From Octopus sinensis (taxonomy: Eukaryota): a stretch of 64,000 nt of DNA. The DNA lies in contig NC_042997.1 in assembly GCF_006345805.1 (NCBI RefSeq), positions 156,116,001 to 156,180,000 on the forward strand. The letters run 5' to 3'. Position numbers and translations under genes: made by a program. Numbering within the stretch: the first letter of the stretch is position 1; every line of letters begins with the position of its first letter. Under the pieces are notes generated by a model. It was not told where the DNA came from. It was given only the letters and a program-made list of their open reading frames with translations, and made no database searches. Shown here in pieces: positions 35,590 through 47,837 of the stretch.

Positions 35590-38588
35590 GCATAAAAAAA
35601 AGGAAATAGCAAATGACATAGCTGAGATTAGTAAAGGAAGTCAAACTTCCTTGCATAATTTTAGCAAACAAAGTACAATATCTAACAGAATTCCTTTAGT
35701 AATTAAATGGCACCGAAAGTTACCAGCATGTTGCAGAAAATTATCCTCATTTCAAACAAATATTTCCTCAGCAGCCTATTGAAGCCTTTAGATGGAATAT
35801 AAATATAAGAGATCTATTAACCTCTACTTCTGATTCCAAGAAAACTAACATTGGAGTTTCTGCACACTGTATATTGAAAAACAGCTGCAAGAGGGGTAAA
35901 TCCTGTTCATTGTGCAACAAGTTGATTCCTCGAGGAATCATAACAGAAATGCTATGATTAAACAAAATATTCACTTGGTACAGATATGACGTCAGGCACC
36001 ATAATAGTAGTTTGACAGAACTTGCCAAACATTTTGCATCAAACAGTTGCAATTTTGAAAAAGACTTGAAGGTGCATATTCTCAGAAAATATTCTGAATC
36101 TGATACTCAAAATGCATGAGGAGAAATATGTTTGTGAGTTATTCACATCATGCCCTAGAGGAATGAATAAAATGACAGGAGAATTTCATCATATTTACAC
36201 AAAACTGTTTGATTAAATATTCTTCTTTTTCTTTTCTTTTCTCTTTTTTCTTTCTTTTTCTTTTCTTTTCTCTTTTTTTTTCTTTTTCTTTTTGCCAGTT
36301 GTAAACTTGAAAATTGAAGATTGATGATGTCATTTCATCAATGTGGAAATGCTGGTTGCTCTTGTTCATATTTTGAATTTTAATTTCAATAATTTTGAAT
36401 TTCTATGAATCACTTTTCATTTTGAACTCGACAAAGACAGGCTAGTTTATGAAATATCATTCAACCAATAAAATATCTATCGCAATCATATCATGCTCTT
36501 TGTTTTGTCTATTTACCTTTGTGAAGAGTTATGTCAATCCTTTTAAAGTATCAAAATCAAGCAGATTGAGATGACTGATTTTGTGTTACAATGAATAAGA
36601 ATTGGAACATCTAGAAATTCTGGAAATTACCTAAACAGTTGGGTGTCTAAGGAAAATCATAATGTGAATTACAGCCTTTTGCATTTTATTCTGTATTACA
36701 GTTGGCTTGTCAGCCCTGTTAGTTTTGCCAGACCCAAGTGTTGGGCTCAGTCCTGAGCTAATGGATTTTGTACCATTCGAATACGAATCAGAAAATGAGA
36801 ATTCAATATTTCTATCTGTTAAAAAAAATCACTTTCATGCTAAAATCAAAAGCCATTTATCATTTCTAGAAACATGGGAACTACAAAAAATTATACCGGA
36901 AGGTCTTACATCAAACATACCAATGTGTACATCACAGTCTGACAATTCATTGCTTCAAAAGCTTAAATTAATTGGTGAGAGCAATTCATTTCACATAACT
37001 GAAGCTATTATTGAACACTATCATTCAAAATTAGTATTGCTTGGTGCAGACATTAAGGAGATTTTGAGTGTCCTTGAACAGGAATGTTCTTCTAAAAATC
37101 GTTTCTGCTATTTGCATAATTGATGAACTTTGAAAAAGAGGAAATTTCTTCCCTGAAGACAAAAAAGGAAAAGAAGCTGAAAAAGCTGATTTCCCATTCC
37201 TCTGAGCCAGTGAGTGAGAGAACATTTTGGCTGAGAACATTTGCTTTGAAATATGAGAAGTCTTTTTTATTTTCAGAACATATGTTATTTGATAAACTTA
37301 TTGACGCCAGATTAAAAATCATAGCAGAAAATTTACCTGAAATTCCAATACAACCAACCATTTTTTCTCAAATGGAATTTCTAACATACAGTCCACATGG
37401 CTCACTGTTCAGTCATCACATCAGGAACAATCATTTTGTTTTGTTGACAAATTTTTTGGAGATGTTTTTATTTACGACTGTTTGAACTTACCAGTACCAC
37501 AGGAATAGCACAAATAACAATGCTTTACTCACAACAAACAAACATAATTCCTACAGTTCAACAAATTCATATTACTAATCCTCAAGTTGGCACATATGAT
37601 TGTGGTCTTTTTGCCCTGGCATATACATTTGAAGTGGTCATTGGAAATGCTCCATAAAATTTTATATTTGATCAGTCAAAAATGCAAGCACATTTAAGAT
37701 TTTGCTTTGAAAACAATAATTTTGTTCCTTTCCTGAAAATAAAGGTTTTTTTCAAATGCCTACAAAAACCACAGAAGTCACTCACTTTCTGTCACCCACC
37801 CAGGAATGGATTACTCCTAGAAAGACAACTAAAAATTATGACTTCTCACATGAACATTCAGAACGATTTTTATCATGCAATAGATTCCATGTTTTAAGTG
37901 AAGATTTTGAGCAAAGCCCAAAAGGCAGTCAGAAATCTAACGAAAGTAAGCATTATAATTCATATGGAAGATGGGACACGTAGAGATTCATTTTGTGTAT
38001 GCAGCAGAATGCACAAAACACAACAGAACAATTAAACAAAAGATTTATTGGGCACAGGTATGACGTCAGGCACAATAATAGTAGTTTGACAGAACTTGCT
38101 GAATATTTTGCATCAAATGGTTGCAATTTTGAAAAAGACTTGAAAATGCATATTTTCAGAAAATATTCTGAATCTGCTACACTTTCAGTATTCAAAATGC
38201 ATGAGGAGAAATATGCCCTGGAGGAATGAATAAAATGACAGGAGAATTTCATCATATTTACACAAAACTTTTTCTTTTCTTTTTTTCTCTTTTTTCATTT
38301 CTTTTTTCACCTTTTTCTTTATTTTTCTTTTTGCCAGTTGAAAACTTGAAAATTGAAGACTGATGATGTCATTCCATCAACATGGGAATGCTGGTTGCCC
38401 TCATTCAGATTTTGGATTTGAATTTCAATAATTTTGAATTTCTGTGTGTATCACTTTTCATTTTGAATTCGATAAAGACAGGCTGGCTGTCAAAATATCA
38501 TTCAACCAATAAGATATCTATTGCAATTGCACTGTGCTCTTCGTATTGTCTATTTTCCTTTGTGAAGAGTTATGTCAATCCTTTTAAA
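35590..38588 (+). mobile_element. Partial-tandem, internally deleted Penelope-like retroelement with a Ulp1-like domain
   Basis: Upstream 3' piece: RIPLVIKWH, AFRWNINIRDLL, CKRGKSCSLC, and GIY-YIG tail ELFTSCPRGMNK. Direct repeats 35957-36547 and 38031-38588. PLE N-terminal motif HLSFLETWELQKIIPEGL..KKEKKLKKL. Second GIY-YIG VYAAECTKH..TTEQLNKRFIGH. RT core is absent. Confidence 0.85.
37215..37740 (+). pseudogene. Ulp1/SENP-like (C48) cysteine protease domain, frameshifted, within the PLE ORF
   Basis: LFDKLID..IQPT..HHIRNNHFVLL (His, 37432), GDVFIYDCL (Asp, 37476), PQVGTYDCGLFALAY (Gln 37583, Cys 37601), FDQSKMQAHLRFC. Confidence 0.75.
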
Positions 38589-38821
38589 ATATTATCATTA
38601 TCATTATTATTATTAAGGTGACAGGCTGGCAGAATCATTAGAGGAAGAGAAAAATTGCTTTGTGGTGTTCCTTCTGAGTTCAAATTTGGTCAAGATTACG
38701 TTTACATTTCATCCTGTTGGAGTCAATAAAATAGGTACTCACCAAGTATTGGGGTTGATATAATTGACTAGCCATCTCCTACCAAAACTACTGGCTTTGT
38801 GTCAAAATTAGAAAAAAAAAA

Positions 38822-38854
<33 letters not shown>

Positions 38855-39479
38855 CATCATTATTATTGAATCTTGTGTGAAAGCATTCTTTCTTTGTTTC
38901 TCATACCTATGACTTTATTTAAGGCATTACAAAATGAAATTTTCGTTTGAGTCCTTTCTAAAAATGATTTTAATTATTTGAAGAAATCCTGCCTCTTATT
39001 CCCAGGAGTAAGTGAATATGTGAAATAGACAACATAAATGATTTGTTATTACAGACTATATTTTAGTTACACATGCTGACCACATTTTCACATTCAAAAT
39101 ACCTAGACACAAAATATTAGAGTAACAAATGAGGGAAAATGACAGCATAAAGTTAAAGTACACAGTTAAATGAAAAACAAAGAAAAAAAGAAAAACTAAG
39201 CATTTCAATGAAAAATTAGCAAAACAGTCTAACAAATAACTTTGAAGAGAGTAACAACAACAGCAACAACAGCAACAACGATATTTGCATGTGGTCATTA
39301 TTTTAAATTGCTCATGTAGTGGCTATGTTACAGTTGATATTTTATTTCATTTTGAAACAAACAGAATTTTTAGATTTAACACAGTTCCAAGGAAAAAGAA
39401 AGCAGTTGGGAGAATTTTGTAAAACCAGACAGTATTTCTTGCCTGCAGGATCTGATCCAAGAGTGAGCAAAGAAAAATT

Positions 39480-40390
39480 ACATACTTGTGTTTTGGAAAG
39501 ATTGGCACCAGATTAGAATTACCATTAAAACAACAATTACAACAAACACTTCAGGTCATTTGGGGAGAAATTATCTCAACCATGAAAGGAAAATGTTATG
39601 GTACTGTCTGGTGCACTTTTAACAGTGAAGATCAGCCAAAACACAGGCTAAAATTATTAGATACACCTCTGTCCATACACTTGTGTCATATTATGTAGAG
39701 TAAAGAAATATAAGGGTGACTATAAGAAGCATTAGAGACTATGTGGATATGTGTCTGGTTGTCACTTTAGTATCGCAGTATTGACAAGTGGTTAAAGCAG
39801 GGCTGACAGGAGGCAACATGTAGTCAAGGGGCATCAAAATGGATTTACAACTCCTAATGATCCCTGAAGAACACAAAGCCTTACTGGAACTATGCCCAAT
39901 TAAGTGCTGAGACAAATGGCATGAGATTGGTGGTAAAGGGAAAGGTATCTTAGTTGATACATACTTTGCAACTAGTTTGAGGTTTTTGATCTAAAGAACT
40001 AGTAAGACTAGAAGGGAAAGCTAATGGTGACCAACCAAGGCTGCAACATAAGCAACAAATATCAGATTCCAGAGCATCATTAATCATAGCTCCCAGAATG
40101 GCAGAGATAATCACTTTATGCTTAACCCTTAAAGCAAAGGAACAAATACCCCATCTGCTAACAGTGGTGACCAGGAGTCATCACTGTGTAACAAGGAAAA
40201 GATAATGGTGGCAGGGAAAACTCTCCAAACTGTTAAGGAAAATACAAAAAGAAAAAAATCTTCCAAAAGGAAAGTTAGTGCAAAGCAACTAAAACAAAGG
40301 AAGAAATAACTTCTGCTATACAGCAATGGTGCCTCTTCCCATAAGAATAGTAATGAGGATAAAAGGAAAGATAAAGAACTGAGATTCACT
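39480..40390 (+). mobile_element. Possible highly decayed LINE ORF1 (L1/Tx1-like)
   Basis: IRVTIRSIRDYVDMCLVVTLVSQY*QVV is RRM-like, followed by a Lys-rich segment; multiple stops. Confidence 0.25.
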
Positions 40391-41941
40391 GTCCTTCAAA
40401 AATCAGACCCACAAAATAATGCTTGTGACATCAGGAACATTCCAATGAAATAAAAATAACAGAAACACTGTTAGGTTTAGAATATATAAAAAAAAGACAG
40501 ATTGTTAGTAAAATAGTGAAAACAAAACAAAGACATGCAATGTGCTAAAACAATCCTACTATGAAGATGTAGGTGTTTATTTACTCTGACTGAAAAAATG
40601 TTAATAAGTACCTTTAGATGCATTAGACAACAATAAAAGCATTGGTAAGTGAGTAAGGATATGGAATGCTTCAGCACAACTGAGCTAACAGCATTTTTCA
40701 TGCTTACTTCCTTCAATTAAATTTTATTTTAATTATTGCATGGCTTGTAATACCTTTTATTTTTTCTGTGCAAATATTTGTGCCTTTTATATACACATGC
40801 ACATACAAACAGCCACACCTATGTACATATTTCTTTTAATTACATCCATTTTTTTTTCAAGCTTGCACAAGATAAATGAATATTTTATTGTAGCAGTTCT
40901 TTACAATCAGATGCATTTCTTGCCAATAACCTTTACCTGTTTTTCAAGTAAAAGATCTCTTATTCCACATGGCTTTTAAAGGCACAAAGCAAGCAGAAGA
41001 TTTGTTGACAGAAGAGCTGATAACAATGACAACACCTGTATATTGCAATTTTTTATTCAAGCGTAAAGGAGGAATGATCACAAATGAGCCAACATTATGA
41101 ACAACAGAAGAATATTCATTTCAGCACTTTATTTTCTAGGAGCAGTTACCTGGTTACACTTGAAAAAGAAGGGTCAGAACATGTAAAGAAACTAAGAAAT
41201 AGTTTGTAGATATTCTAAAAAGTGATGCAATGAAATATAATCAATTTTTGGAAGAGAGGAGTTAGAGAAAAATATAGTGAAGTCCAGTAAATGGTATCAT
41301 AATAAAATGTTTGAATGCATTGCGTTTGTAGATGCTAAGCCTAAAGAATAGAAAAACATAAGCAGGTCCATCAGATCACTTTTCTGACAGATACATCTGT
41401 AAAAAGAATTGTGATGTGTGCCCCAAACCCACATATCAAGTGTTGTTGCCTATGTATTCTATACAATCTCAAATGGGAAGCTGTCAAATGAGAAGTAAAG
41501 ATAGAGGTGAGAGAGAAAAAATGTAAAAGAACGTCTTCATTGAAGAGGCAAACAACATAAAGGCTGCAGGCAGAAGAACAGAGTCTAAAGAAAAGTTTCT
41601 AATACGAGTCCTTTTATGAAGCAAAATACTCTCAGAAATTTCTTTAAGAAACTGACATTCACCAAAAAGTAAGCAGTAAGCCACCCCTCCAATTTAAATG
41701 TGCATTCAACATTCTTCTGCATTTTGACAGTGAAGAAAATATAGTGACTACAGGTGCTTTCTTATCAATTATGAATTTTGAGTTTTTAACTGGTCTTCGT
41801 CATCATCATCATTATCATCATCATCATCATCATTATCATTTTACAGTTCACTTTTCCATACTTGCATGGGTCAGACGGAATTTATTGAGAAAGCTTTTGT
41901 ATGTTAATGCCAGATGTTTATGCTGGTATGTTTATATTAAT

Positions 41942-42099
41942 GGCATGGCTGTGTGGTTTAGAAGCTTGTTTCCCAACCATGTGGTCTTAGGTTCAGTCCC
42001 ACTGCATTGCTTCTGGGCCAAGTGTCTTTTAAAATAGCTCCAGATCAACCAAAGCCTGGTGAGTGGATTTGGTAGACAGAAACTACAAGAAGTTCATCA

Positions 42100-42151
<52 letters not shown>

Positions 42152-42345
42152 TATGTGTGTGACCTCCATCACTACTTGACAACTGGTGTTGGTTCATTTA
42201 TATCCTAGTAGCTTAGTAGTTTGGCAAAAGTGACTGACAGAATAAGTACCAAGCTTAAAAAGTAAGTACTGGAGGTGATTTCTTTGACTAAACCCTTTAA
42301 GGCCCAGCATGGTTGCAGTCCAATGACTAGAACAAGTAAAAGATA
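41942..42345 (+). mobile_element. tRNA-derived SINE with internal (TG)n and CR1-like tail
   Basis: ggcatggctgtgtggtttagaagc..ggttcagtccc; tail cccagcatggttgcagtccaatgac..aacaagtaaaag. Confidence 0.82.
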
Positions 42346-43488
42346 ACAGATTTCAAACATAAAATCATTTTATTCAATGCTGATGATTATAGTTGGGTCA
42401 AAACAGGCCCAAAGAAAATGTTTAGTGTAAATAACCAGCTAGAAGAAACATGGAAGCAAAATACAAACAGCAAAAAAAAAAAAAAAAAAAAACATGTTCT
42501 AATATAATTACATCTGGAAAGAATATACAAAAGTATTTATCAAAACCATTATGTTTTTTTAGGTGTATAACATATATATCTCTTTATGTGCAAGTGACAG
42601 CAAATATACGTGAGAAAGTGTCCATTTGCAGCCTTGAGCAAAGAAGGTAACTTGAGTGATGAGAGAACTTGGTTTTTTTTTTATGTGTAAATGTGTTTAT
42701 ATGTTCTATACAGTCCCGTGTGACAACCTGTCAAATGAATAAGAAGGATAAAGGAGGTGAGAAAGAGAAAGAAAAAGACAGTTAAAAAATATCTTCATTG
42801 CAGAGCCAAGTAGCATAAAGTTTGCAGGCATAAGATAGACTCTAAAGAAAAATACTCAATATGGTTCCTTTTATAATTCAAAATAGGCTCTGAGACTTCT
42901 TCATGAAATTGATAAACTTACCAAAAGGTAAGCAGTTACACAAGCCTAAAAGCATTACTAAAATAATCATGTTACTTGTTTATAAAAATTGCCTGCTACA
43001 TTTGTACAGATGGCGTTATGTGGTCAGCAAGGGTGATATTATAATTTGAGCAAATAAATCAAGTATAAAATTAGACTGCAAAAGACGATTGACTTGATAA
43101 TATGTATGTGTACTTGTCAGTGGGTGAGTGAGTACTGAGAGCAAGAAACAGACTAAGAGGCGGAGTAACTAAAATAGAAATTGAAAGAGTTAAAATATGG
43201 GTAGTAGACAGAGCAATGCCTGTGTTTGGAAGTTCAGCAGGATTAGCGCCTGTTACACATTTAATATTTAGTATTTCCCATGAGTGCAATAATGCTGGAA
43301 TGAGACAACTGGGTACAGCTTTTTGGATGCTGGCATGGATGACTGGACATAGAACCTGTTTTGGCAACAGTACTTTTTGGCACTGGAGGCACACACATGC
43401 ACACACACACACACACACACATACACACAGAACTATACAGATAGATAGATAGACAGACTTTCAGACAGACAGACAGATAGATAGGTAG

Positions 43489-43568
<80 letters not shown>

Positions 43569-43594
43569 CTCTCTATATATATATATGTATATAT

Positions 43595-43770
43595 AGGGAG
43601 ATTTTACGAAAAAAAAACAAAAGACGAAGACAGGTGATGTACAAAACAAACAGATGTATTAGTATAATGCTCAGGAATAGAAAAGGTCTTTTACGTTTCG
43701 AGCCTACACTCTTCTACAGAAAGGGACACAGAAAAAATAAGGAGAAAAAAAAATTTGTGTTGTGGCTAAC
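43595..43770 (-). mobile_element. Short element with A6U minimal hammerhead (43688-43723) between (TA)n and (GATA)n
   Basis: Minus strand: cttt CTGTAGA a gag(tgtagg)ctc GAAA cg T A aaag; palindromic acgt stem III; homologous to ~17350-17502. Confidence 0.7.
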
Positions 43771-43856
<86 letters not shown>

Positions 43857-44246
43857 GAAAGTGAGATAGAAATAGAGATAGAGGTGGCAAGAAAAAGGGA
43901 CGGACAGAGAGAAAGAGATACATAATGTATTAATTGAACACAACTGACATAAAAACTTTTCCCTCTCTTCATACATATAAAGAGAAATATACTCACACAC
44001 ATAAACAGGAAGAGAGAAAGACATAAAGAGGGGTGGGGCAACAAGAGAAACAGTAGCATGTCTGATGTCAAATAAGTCAGCATCAAAGAGGTGGCATCAA
44101 AACAGCTATGTTAAAACATTTCATATCCAAGTAAAGCTGGAACCCTTTTCTACACTAACTGTATTTACGATAACATCATAGTTACATCCTTCCATCATTT
44201 TTCAAATTCAGCTCAATCATTACTCCATACCCCATCTCTATATTAA

Positions 44247-44648
44247 CCTTTAGCACTTAACCCTTTCGTTACCAACCCGACTGAAACTGGCTCTGGCTCT
44301 GAATACAAATGTCTTGTTTTCATAAGTTTTGAATTAAAATCATTAGCTGAATGATAACTAAGTTATTTTACTAAATTCTTTGTTATATTTAAAGTAATTG
44401 AAAGAAACACAGAACATCTCAAAATAAATACAGTAACGAAAGGGTTAAACCAGCCATATCTAGCCTAAAATATTCTACGTATTTTATGTTCAAACAAGCT
44501 AGATCTGGCCTCTCACACCTACCAGACAGTGTCATTACAAAATGTAAACAATCATGTCATCAAAGCTATAAGATAATGCATGACTAGTTCAAAACAATGT
44601 GAATAAATAGGCATTATATTTTGACACAATAATCTGAATGCTAAAGAG
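44247..44648. mobile_element. piggyBac-type MITE (outer)
   Basis: TTAA cctttagca ... tgctaaagag TTAA; body matches 22046-22230. Confidence 0.75.
44261..44444. mobile_element. piggyBac-type MITE (inner, nested)
   Basis: Perfect 12-bp TIR ccctttcgttac / gtaacgaaaggg with TTAA duplicated at 44257-44260 and 44445-44448. Confidence 0.9.
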
Positions 44649-45825
44649 TTAATTATCTCAAAACCAACTCCCTAATTATCAGTTATATCAAAGAACATCA
44701 AATGCAAACTACACCCATCACAATCAATAATATAAACATACCAAACACACAGAAGACAAACATAATAGTTTTACCTACAACATTTCCACCATATTCTCAA
44801 TATATATATGGAAGATAATAAAGAAAACAAAGAGATGCATGGATACATTAAGAGCACTTAGAACATAGACACATTAAGAGTACTCCATATATTTAGTCAA
44901 TACAGTGAAACAATAACACTAATGTACAAACAATGTATGAGATATGGTATGGATTATGTCTATCCTACCTTCTCTCCACCTAACATCTCCATAAGAGACA
45001 TAATAATAAAATACAAAGGAAACACAAGCCGATGAGGGAGCCTTTATGTGATTGTCCAGTATACTAGAAACAACAACTAAATCTCTGTCAAAAATTAAAT
45101 TTATCCCATCAGGGTTCATCCTAAGATACTCATTTGATAATGTAGTCCTAGATGTACAAAAAGATAAGAGGGCCATTATAGGAATGTCTCTGATCAAAGT
45201 TGTGTTGGATCAGAGCTAACATGGGCTAAATAACAACAGTGGTGTTGGCAGTGGTGACAAGGGTAATGCTGAAAACAACAAGAAATAAGAAGTACATAAA
45301 ACAAGACACTTTCCATAATTCCAATGTGTACACAGACTACCTATACTACAAATCGAAATACTAAAAATTAGAAATTGAAATTCACCAGACCATGGAGGGG
45401 AGATCAGTTACTGCTAAGGAAACTCTTGACTCAGCCATTACTATGACGACAATAACAACAATATTGTTGTTGTTGTCATCGTTGCTATCATTTACAGCAG
45501 GGGGTTTTGGAAACTGTAGCTTGGAAACTGTTGATCATTTGACCTAATAGAAATAACAGTCAAATCTTCCTCAAAACACTCCTTACACTCTTATATAAAG
45601 ACAAGTGGTATCTAGATGACAGTCTAAATCAGATATTTAAAAAAAATGTTACTTGACAATCTGATTCAAATGTTTTAACACAGAGATAAATATTTAGATC
45701 TAGGTCAGCTCTGAATGAGAAGACATGATCAAAGCATTCCAATTGAGATCATCCCATCTGTTTTTAAGGCAAAAATTTATCCTAGACAACATCGTCCTAT
45801 GTCTTTTTTTTTATAAAATAGTTTA

Positions 45826-46220
45826 TGGTACCATATAAAAACCACATGTGCAAGTGCCACCTAAAAAGCTCTCATGCTGGTGTCATGTAATGGGCACCTC
45901 TGCCGGCACCATGTATAAAGCACCCGTTCTGGTGCCACATAAAAAGCACCAGTGCGGGACTGGTAAAACGCACCCTTGCCAAGCAATGTGAAAAGCACCT
46001 GTAATGGTGCCACGGACAGAAGCACCTGTGTCAGCACTACACACTGTAACTGGTTGGCACAAGGAAGAGAATCCAGCTGTAGAAACCAGGTCGAATCAGA
46101 CTGGAACCTGGTGCAGCTCTTGAGCTTGCCAGCTCTGGCCAAACCATCCAATTCTTGCCAGTATGGATAACTGACATTAAATGATGATGATGATAATGAT
46201 GATGATGATGATGATGATAA
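45826..46220 (+). mobile_element. RTE-tailed SINE with expanded internal tandem array
   Basis: About 9 degenerate gtgccacataaaaagcacc units, then the shared tail and (GAT)n. Confidence 0.78.
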
Positions 46221-47413
46221 TATAATGGTCTGAATAAGAAATTTTTCATGAATATTTCTTTGAGCTGCACTCAAACTGTCACCATCCTTATTTTTATGTT
46301 TACTTTTTTCATATTTGCATGGGTTGGATTAAACTTATTAAGGCAGTGTTCTGTGGCAGGATTAAGTTGGCAAGCAGGTAGAATCATTAGCACATCAGAC
46401 AAAATACTTAGAAGCATTCCTTCTGTTATTATTTTTTTTGTTCTAAGTTCAAATTCCACCAAGGTGGACTTTACCTTTCATCTTTTAAGAATCAATAAAA
46501 TAAGTACTAGTTAAGTACTGGGGTCAATGCAATCAACTTTCTCCCTCCACTTGAAAATGCTGGCCTTGTGACAAAACTTGAAACCATTCTATGGTTAGAT
46601 GTCCTTCTTGTTGGATTATCATCTGATATTTTTAAGAATTTCAGATACATACTGTTATCTTCAGAATATCCAATATTGAGATACATTAGATAAAGTAATC
46701 GTACACATTCCTAAAAAATGACAGAATAATCATGGCTAGAATGCCTTTAATCATAGATCTGCTTGACCAGGACAGACCTAGAGCTAAACAGCAATAACTG
46801 ACTCTATAAAGAGCCTCAGCATCAGTATTTCTTAATCTCAGGGTCACAATCCAAATTTTGCTTGCAAAGTCTTTCAGTGGGTTGCAAAGTAATTTCTGAA
46901 AGTTTTGACATTTGATCAGCCTCTTCCTCTTCCTCCTGTCCCTCTTATTTGTTATTATTTTCTCTTTCTCAATGTCCATCTTTCATACTGGTATAAACTG
47001 GTTGGTTTGATAGGGTCTGATGGGTGTCATGCTCCAGAGTCTGTTTTGACATAGTTTCTATGGCTGGATGCCCTTCTTAATGCCAACCACTTAAGAGAAT
47101 TTACTGGGTGCTTTTTTTAAATGATATTAGTGCTAGTGAGGTTGCCATGAAGTGTGCAAGACTAAGATAAACTTTGAATGAGTGGAGTTACCACAGAGAG
47201 AGAAGTGGCTGTTATGCTAAGGGACGAGAGTTTAAAGTATGACAGAAGGGGCTGGAGCAGGTTTGTTGTTGTAGAGGAGCCTTATGGCTATGCAGAGTAT
47301 AGAAGAGGGTATGGGAGTAACCAGGATGGAGATGGAGAGTTAAAATAGTGATGTGATAAAATAGTGGTGATTGAAAGTGAAAAATATTTTGAGCCATGTT
47401 ACTGCTACATATG

Positions 47414-47414
<1 letters not shown>

Positions 47415-47444
<30 letters not shown>

Positions 47445-47558
47445 CTTCTTCTTCTTCTTCTTCTTCTTCTTCTTCTTTTTTCCTTCTTCTTCTTCTTCTT
47501 CTTCTTCTTCTTCTTCTTCTTCTTCTTCTTCTTCTTCTTCTTCTTCTTCTTCTTCTTC
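47415..47558. repeat. (TTC)n microsatellite
   Basis: Direct reading. Confidence 0.97.
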
Positions 47559-47806
47559 TACATCATCATCACCATCGTTGTCATCATTTTAATGTCCACT
47601 TTTCCACGATTGCATAGGTAGGATGGAATCTGATGTGGATATTCTACAGCCAGATGCCCTTCCTGTCACCAACCCTCACCTGTTTCCAGATAAGGTAATG
47701 TTTCCTCATGACCAGACATGTCACAGAAGACTGGAAACAAAGAACACCACTTACATGACGGTGACGCTCATTTACAGCAATCTCGTGATGTCAAGGAGAC
47801 AATAAA

Positions 47807-47837
<31 letters not shown>

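Noticed and set aside
36870-37125. Selenocysteine (TGA) readthrough in the PLE ORF
   Set aside because: The TGA ending ORF 36707-37123 coincides with a frameshift, the conserved-Cys position is TGG, and no convincing SECIS was seen.
41040-41460. Possible ancient piggyBac transposase C-terminus (KYN, SKWY, Cys-rich end)
   Set aside because: Motifs are too short and fragmented to distinguish from chance by eye.
45826-46030. Short repeats superficially like a CRISPR array
   Set aside because: Degenerate adjacent units without unique 30-40-bp spacers, inside a eukaryotic SINE; no cas genes.
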